This document shows, in pieces, positions 61,251-64,000 of a stretch of 64,000 bases of DNA. Source of the DNA: the human T2T-CHM13v2.0 reference genome, Homo sapiens; assembly GCF_009914755.1 (NCBI RefSeq), contig NC_060932.1; one strand, given 5' to 3'. The notes beneath the pieces are model-generated. The model saw nothing but the letters and a program-made list of their open reading frames with translations. It had not been told where the DNA came from and ran no database searches. Position 1 is the first letter of the stretch, and the number at the start of each line of letters is the position of its first letter. A program made the translations under genes and the position numbers.

Positions 61251-62418
61251 AGTCCTTATGTTTGTAACCCTGATCAGCATTGGTTTGAATATGTCCTTCT
61301 AATAAGTATTCATAAGAAAGTTCTGCAATTCTCATGACTTAAGCCTCCCTGACATATAACTATGAAATTTATAACATCCATCAGACCTTTTCTCTCTTAA
61401 GCTTCAGTTACTTATTTCACCTTTTGTTTTATTAACTAATACTTCATATTCTTTAGGCTGAAACCTAATTTGTTTTTAATTCTTTAGGTTGAAACCTCCT
61501 TTCCCAAATTCCCCCTTTAGCTTGCTTGCCCTGCCAAGAGATGTATTGAATTCATTTTCTACAATGCCTGATTAATCTTCCTTAAGTGGAAACTTCATTC
61601 TGTCACTCCTCTTCAAAAAAAATAATGTCTCTGTAAGCTGCCATTTAATGCCTTACCAAAATAGAATTATTTCCTACTTCTCCAGGTCTGCATCCTCAGT
61701 TCCATAGGGACAGATTTCTATTTCATGAACAACACATATTCATACCCTTGAACATATGTAGTTCAGGCTTCTTGAAGCAAATTTCAAGGTTGTAAAACTA
61801 AGAAAATGGAGATGAACAAAATTCACTGAAATAGAAAGAAGTATTTATACATACCTGTAGTTATTATTCTTTATAAAATAATGAATTGCTTTTGTTTTTT
61901 TCAAATTATATTCTCCATTTTAATCAAATCATTTTCATTCCGGTTACTTACATATAGATTTTTGTTTTGCCTAGTCCTTTATTTTCCTTAGGAGAATAAT
62001 CTATATCATAAGATTTTGGGAAATAAATTGTTTTCTATCCCCAGAACATCAATAGTCTTTGCTTTTAAAACATGAACTACTTATTTTATTTTATTTTATT
62101 TTATTTTTTTACCTTTCTCTCACAAATTATACCTGTGTTGTAGCAATGTATGTTTTCAGTCTCTAGGATTGGAACAGTTATCCAGATTATATAAGAAAGG
62201 AATTTCAAATATTGTATGCTTAAAAAATGAGCCAATAGTACTTAATATTTTGGCATTAGGACAAGATACACATTAATAAAAACATTGCATGGTTTCTTTG
62301 CAGAAGTTTTGATGAGTGATCAGGAAAATGAACAAATCTACATGTGCATACTTGAACTATTTCCTTAGGCATTTGTTTTCATCAGGTGAAGATGAAATGC
62401 CTCTTGCTTAAAGAATCA

Positions 62419-62737
<319 letters not shown>

Positions 62738-64000
62738 AGAATAAGGTTTACAAGCACTTAATACAAATCATTCGTTAAAAATAAAAATAAAAATCAGAAT
62801 GGAAAACACAATATTGGGATGCTTTGGGAAAAAGATGACTGACAAGATGTTACTGAGCTAGAGAGACATAGACCTTCCCTTTTTTCCAAGGCCCCAGTAT
62901 CTGGATGAAACCAAAATAGTGTGAGGAAGAAAACTGGAGCAAACAGCAGATCAGCAACAATGAAGAATCCAGGAGACAAGTAGAGTGTATTTGGCCCAAG
63001 GCCTTAATATTAGTTTGTGCACTCTGTACACTGCACAAAGGTGTTCATGTGTTACACAGAAATTCAGCACTTGCTCTGCTTGCATGAAGGGTATGGTGGG
63101 CATAGTGCTGGAGTATTGGTGCCTTTTGGCTTTACATGTTGAGAGTTGGCTGATTAATAACATTGTGCAGATGATATGCAATGGGAGAATAAATATATTA
63201 CTTATTTTTAAAATAAAGCTGATTAATGTGGAAGTTAAGATTTATAGTATTTTGGACAACAATGAGAAGTTAAAAAGAAAACCACAAATTATTCTTTATT
63301 GCTTATTTTGATTTTCTTATAATACTTTCTATGTTGCACTTTTCAGTAACATTAATTTTGAAAAAGAGGAGAGATTTTCCAATTAGTGGATGCTTTGAGG
63401 TCAATTTTAGGAAGACTATTTGGCAAATACTTGATAAGGTTATATTTGGTATAGCTTCTTTCTTAGGTGCATCAAAAATTCATGCTTTTAATCCCCATTA
63501 AAACTAATTAGTGTTAATGTGTGTGAACATGCATCTACAGCAGAATAGAATATTAGACTAAAATACTTCATCAATGATTAGTATTCCAAATGCCAGTTAA
63601 ATGGTAGTACAAGCAAATGACATATAGCACAAACTATCTAATTTACATTTTTAATGTGATATGTTTTGCAAAGATATTGAAATAAAATGGAAGGTAGGCT
63701 ATGAATGCCCTGTAATGGAACATTCTTACCTTAGGTCTTGATAGAGTATAGGAGAATAGATATTTTAAGATGAGCATAGTTATAAACAAAAAAAATCAGA
63801 TGAAGGCGTTGACTTAAGTTGGAGAATGTGAAACACTTGAACTGGTAGGTTGCTGTTCTGTTTGACACTGGTAAGAGCATCTGCAGTTCATTGAACTGGA
63901 GGAGAAACATTTATCCATTGGTAAAAGGAGACGAAGGTGAAGGTGGGTGGGCGGCAGGAGTTGGAGTACTGACAAGGGCTCTAATTGCAAGAATTAGATA

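Overview
Primate (human-like) genomic DNA, not prokaryotic. The only protein-coding feature I can support is the CpG-island promoter and first coding exon of NKAIN3 (ATG at 53142, MGCCTGRCSLICLCALQL, then a GTGAGT donor). About 53 kb upstream and 11 kb of intron 1 are mostly interspersed repeats: Alu, L1, L2, MIR, MaLR/ERVL/ERV1 LTRs, and Tigger and hAT DNA transposons. The main structural finding is a pair of convergent L1PA7-like elements (27188-33651 on +, 41594-46760 on -) whose target-site duplications are swapped. A MER82-like transposon is also split across them with its halves on opposite strands. Together these record an L1-L1 recombination-mediated inversion about 6 kb upstream of NKAIN3. 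One L1 3' end carries a ~165-bp 3' transduction, and the two L1s share many apparently non-consensus bases. The window also has a deeply nested ERVL/Tigger/MER1/Alu complex containing a 2-kb AT-rich VNTR, and at least five local templated-insertion scars. I found no novel protein-coding or defence-type system. Repeat family names come from remembered consensus sequences and need RepeatMasker/Dfam confirmation.
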